Assembly (NCBI RefSeq): GCF_018977255.1
Contig: NW_024704743.1
Coordinates: 48,486,001-48,550,000, forward strand
DNA from: Callorhinchus milii
Taxonomy: Eukaryota
Length of the DNA: 64,000 nucleotides
Direction of reading: 5' to 3'
Made by a program: the position numbers and the translations under genes. This document shows positions 62,371 to 64,000 of the stretch, one piece after another; position 1 is the first letter of the stretch; each line of letters starts with the position of its first letter. The notes beneath the pieces are model-generated. The model did no database searches. It was not told the DNA's origin and saw only the letters and a program-made list of their open reading frames with translations.

Positions 62371-63616
62371 GCCAGAAAGGTACCTGTAGAAAGATACCTC
62401 CTGATGACTCAGACTTTCTCAACTTTTGGCTGCTGGTGGAACAACAGCAACTTGCATTTATTTAGCACCCTTCACCCAGGATAATGTCTTGGAAAACCAG
62501 AGGTGAATCATAGCATTACAGGACCAAAAGGTATTTAAGAACAGAAAATAAGGATTAATACATGTTAGCGGTGTTCACGGAATCATGTTTTAGTCTGTAG
62601 CAACAGATAAAACACAATTTGTAGGCCTTTGTGTAGAAAATGAGTATTGCTGCACTTTGAGGGTTTTAGCTAAAATTGACTCATGACCTGGAAATAAAGA
62701 CATCACCAGTTTTAAAGCTAACAGTTACCAAGCTGATCAGTGTGGTGCTTGGATGATAACATTGTCTGGGCTTTACTGTTTTTGTCACTTTATAACCCCT
62801 CAATTCCATAATGCTGGAGCCTTCAGTAAATCAGATTCTCTGTGTAAATAGTACTATAGTGCTTGGAGGATCATCAGGGAATTGTAGTTCAAATGGGAGA
62901 AATACTGAAACTCTGTAAATTTGAACAAACAAGACATGAATATTCTACGAAAGAGTGTGTGCATTAGTAGGTACATCACTAACAATGATTTACAACATAT
63001 ATACATTGCATAAAGAGGTATATGAAAAACATCATAATAATTTCTAAGATTACAAACATTGTATGATATAGTTATGACAGAACAGTAAATCTAGTCAGTA
63101 TTTCTTATAGTTTGAGACCATGTGGAAGTTGAGAAATTAGAATCAATGTAATCATTGAACGTTCACATGTAATAACTTTGGGAGAGAATGACAATCAGCA
63201 ACAGAAGCATTATTTGTTGCTGCAATAAAATGTTGGAATCCTGAGAAGTGAAATTTTTCAAATTTAATCTTAAACACCATTTTCTTACAATTTAAGATTG
63301 TGCAAAGTTTTGTCTAAGATCATGAGATATTTGAGGGCTCTACCAATGTGTAAAACTAATCCTTTGGACCCATCATCTACACAGAGAAACATTGTTATAT
63401 CTCACCAACCACCTTATAAGTGACGTGCAAAAATTGGCCAACTTTCAAGGCAATTGTGTTTTGAAAGGTACTATAATGGAACACAGAGGAAATATAATGG
63501 TGTTCCTCTGTGTTACAGAAATGATTATGCCAGGTCTATAAAGATCTAATTTATAAAACCTTTTTGTAGTTTAGTTTGGTCTTTCTTTTCTTTCCTTTTT
63601 ATGGCAGATAATAAAT

Positions 63617-63893
63617 CAATAATAACCCTTATATTTGATATAGTGCCTTTCATGTCGAGATGATGTTCCAAAGCGCTTCACAGGATTTGCTGTAAAGTGG
63701 TTTGTAGGTGAATGTGGCACCCAATGTGCACACCAATGTCCCATAAAACATCCATTAAGTGAGTGACCAATATTATATGGGGGATTGTTGGCCAGGACAC
63801 CGGGAGAAATTTCCTTCACTTTTTGAATAATGAATTTAATGTCCAACTGAACAGACAAACAGAATTTCAGTTTAACATCTCATCTGAAGAATG
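63617..63893 (-). mobile_element. Deu-domain SINE 3' two-thirds
   Basis: AAAGCGCTTCACAGG..TTGGCCAGGACACCGGGAGAAA..TTTAACATCTCATCTGAAG. Confidence 0.8.
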
Positions 63894-64000
63894 ACTTAAC
63901 TGCTTCTGAAAAAAAACCTGCTTGATCAGAGCATTGGAGGAAACTGGGATAGATGCAGACTGATAAATAAATATCCCCACGAGACTTGATGATTTCTATG

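Overview
This is AT-rich, repeat-dense vertebrate nuclear DNA that looks intronic or intergenic. The repeat mix (L2 and CR1 LINEs, a tRNA-Ala-headed SINE, Deu-domain SINEs and shark-type Penelope ends) points to a cartilaginous fish, most plausibly elephant shark; that is inference. No recognisable protein-coding gene is present, and the only confidently coding ORFs are LINE reverse-transcriptase remnants. A ~7.7 kb block (22258-29996) is repeated almost identically at 30098-37820 across a 30-N gap, probably an assembly artefact. The items most worth checking are: (1) a ~105-nt stand-alone Pol III-type unit (A-box, perfect B-box, T6 terminator) that matches neither local SINE; (2) decayed hammerhead-ribozyme motifs in Penelope-type ends; (3) perfect hairpins at the 5' junctions of L2/SINE insertions; (4) a hAT MITE family with 8-bp TSDs, an internal palindrome and a splice donor; (5) an exon-like segment enclosed by long inverted repeats; (6) two weak, mutually overlapping exon models. 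All calls were made by eye, and repeat boundaries are approximate to tens of bp unless stated otherwise.
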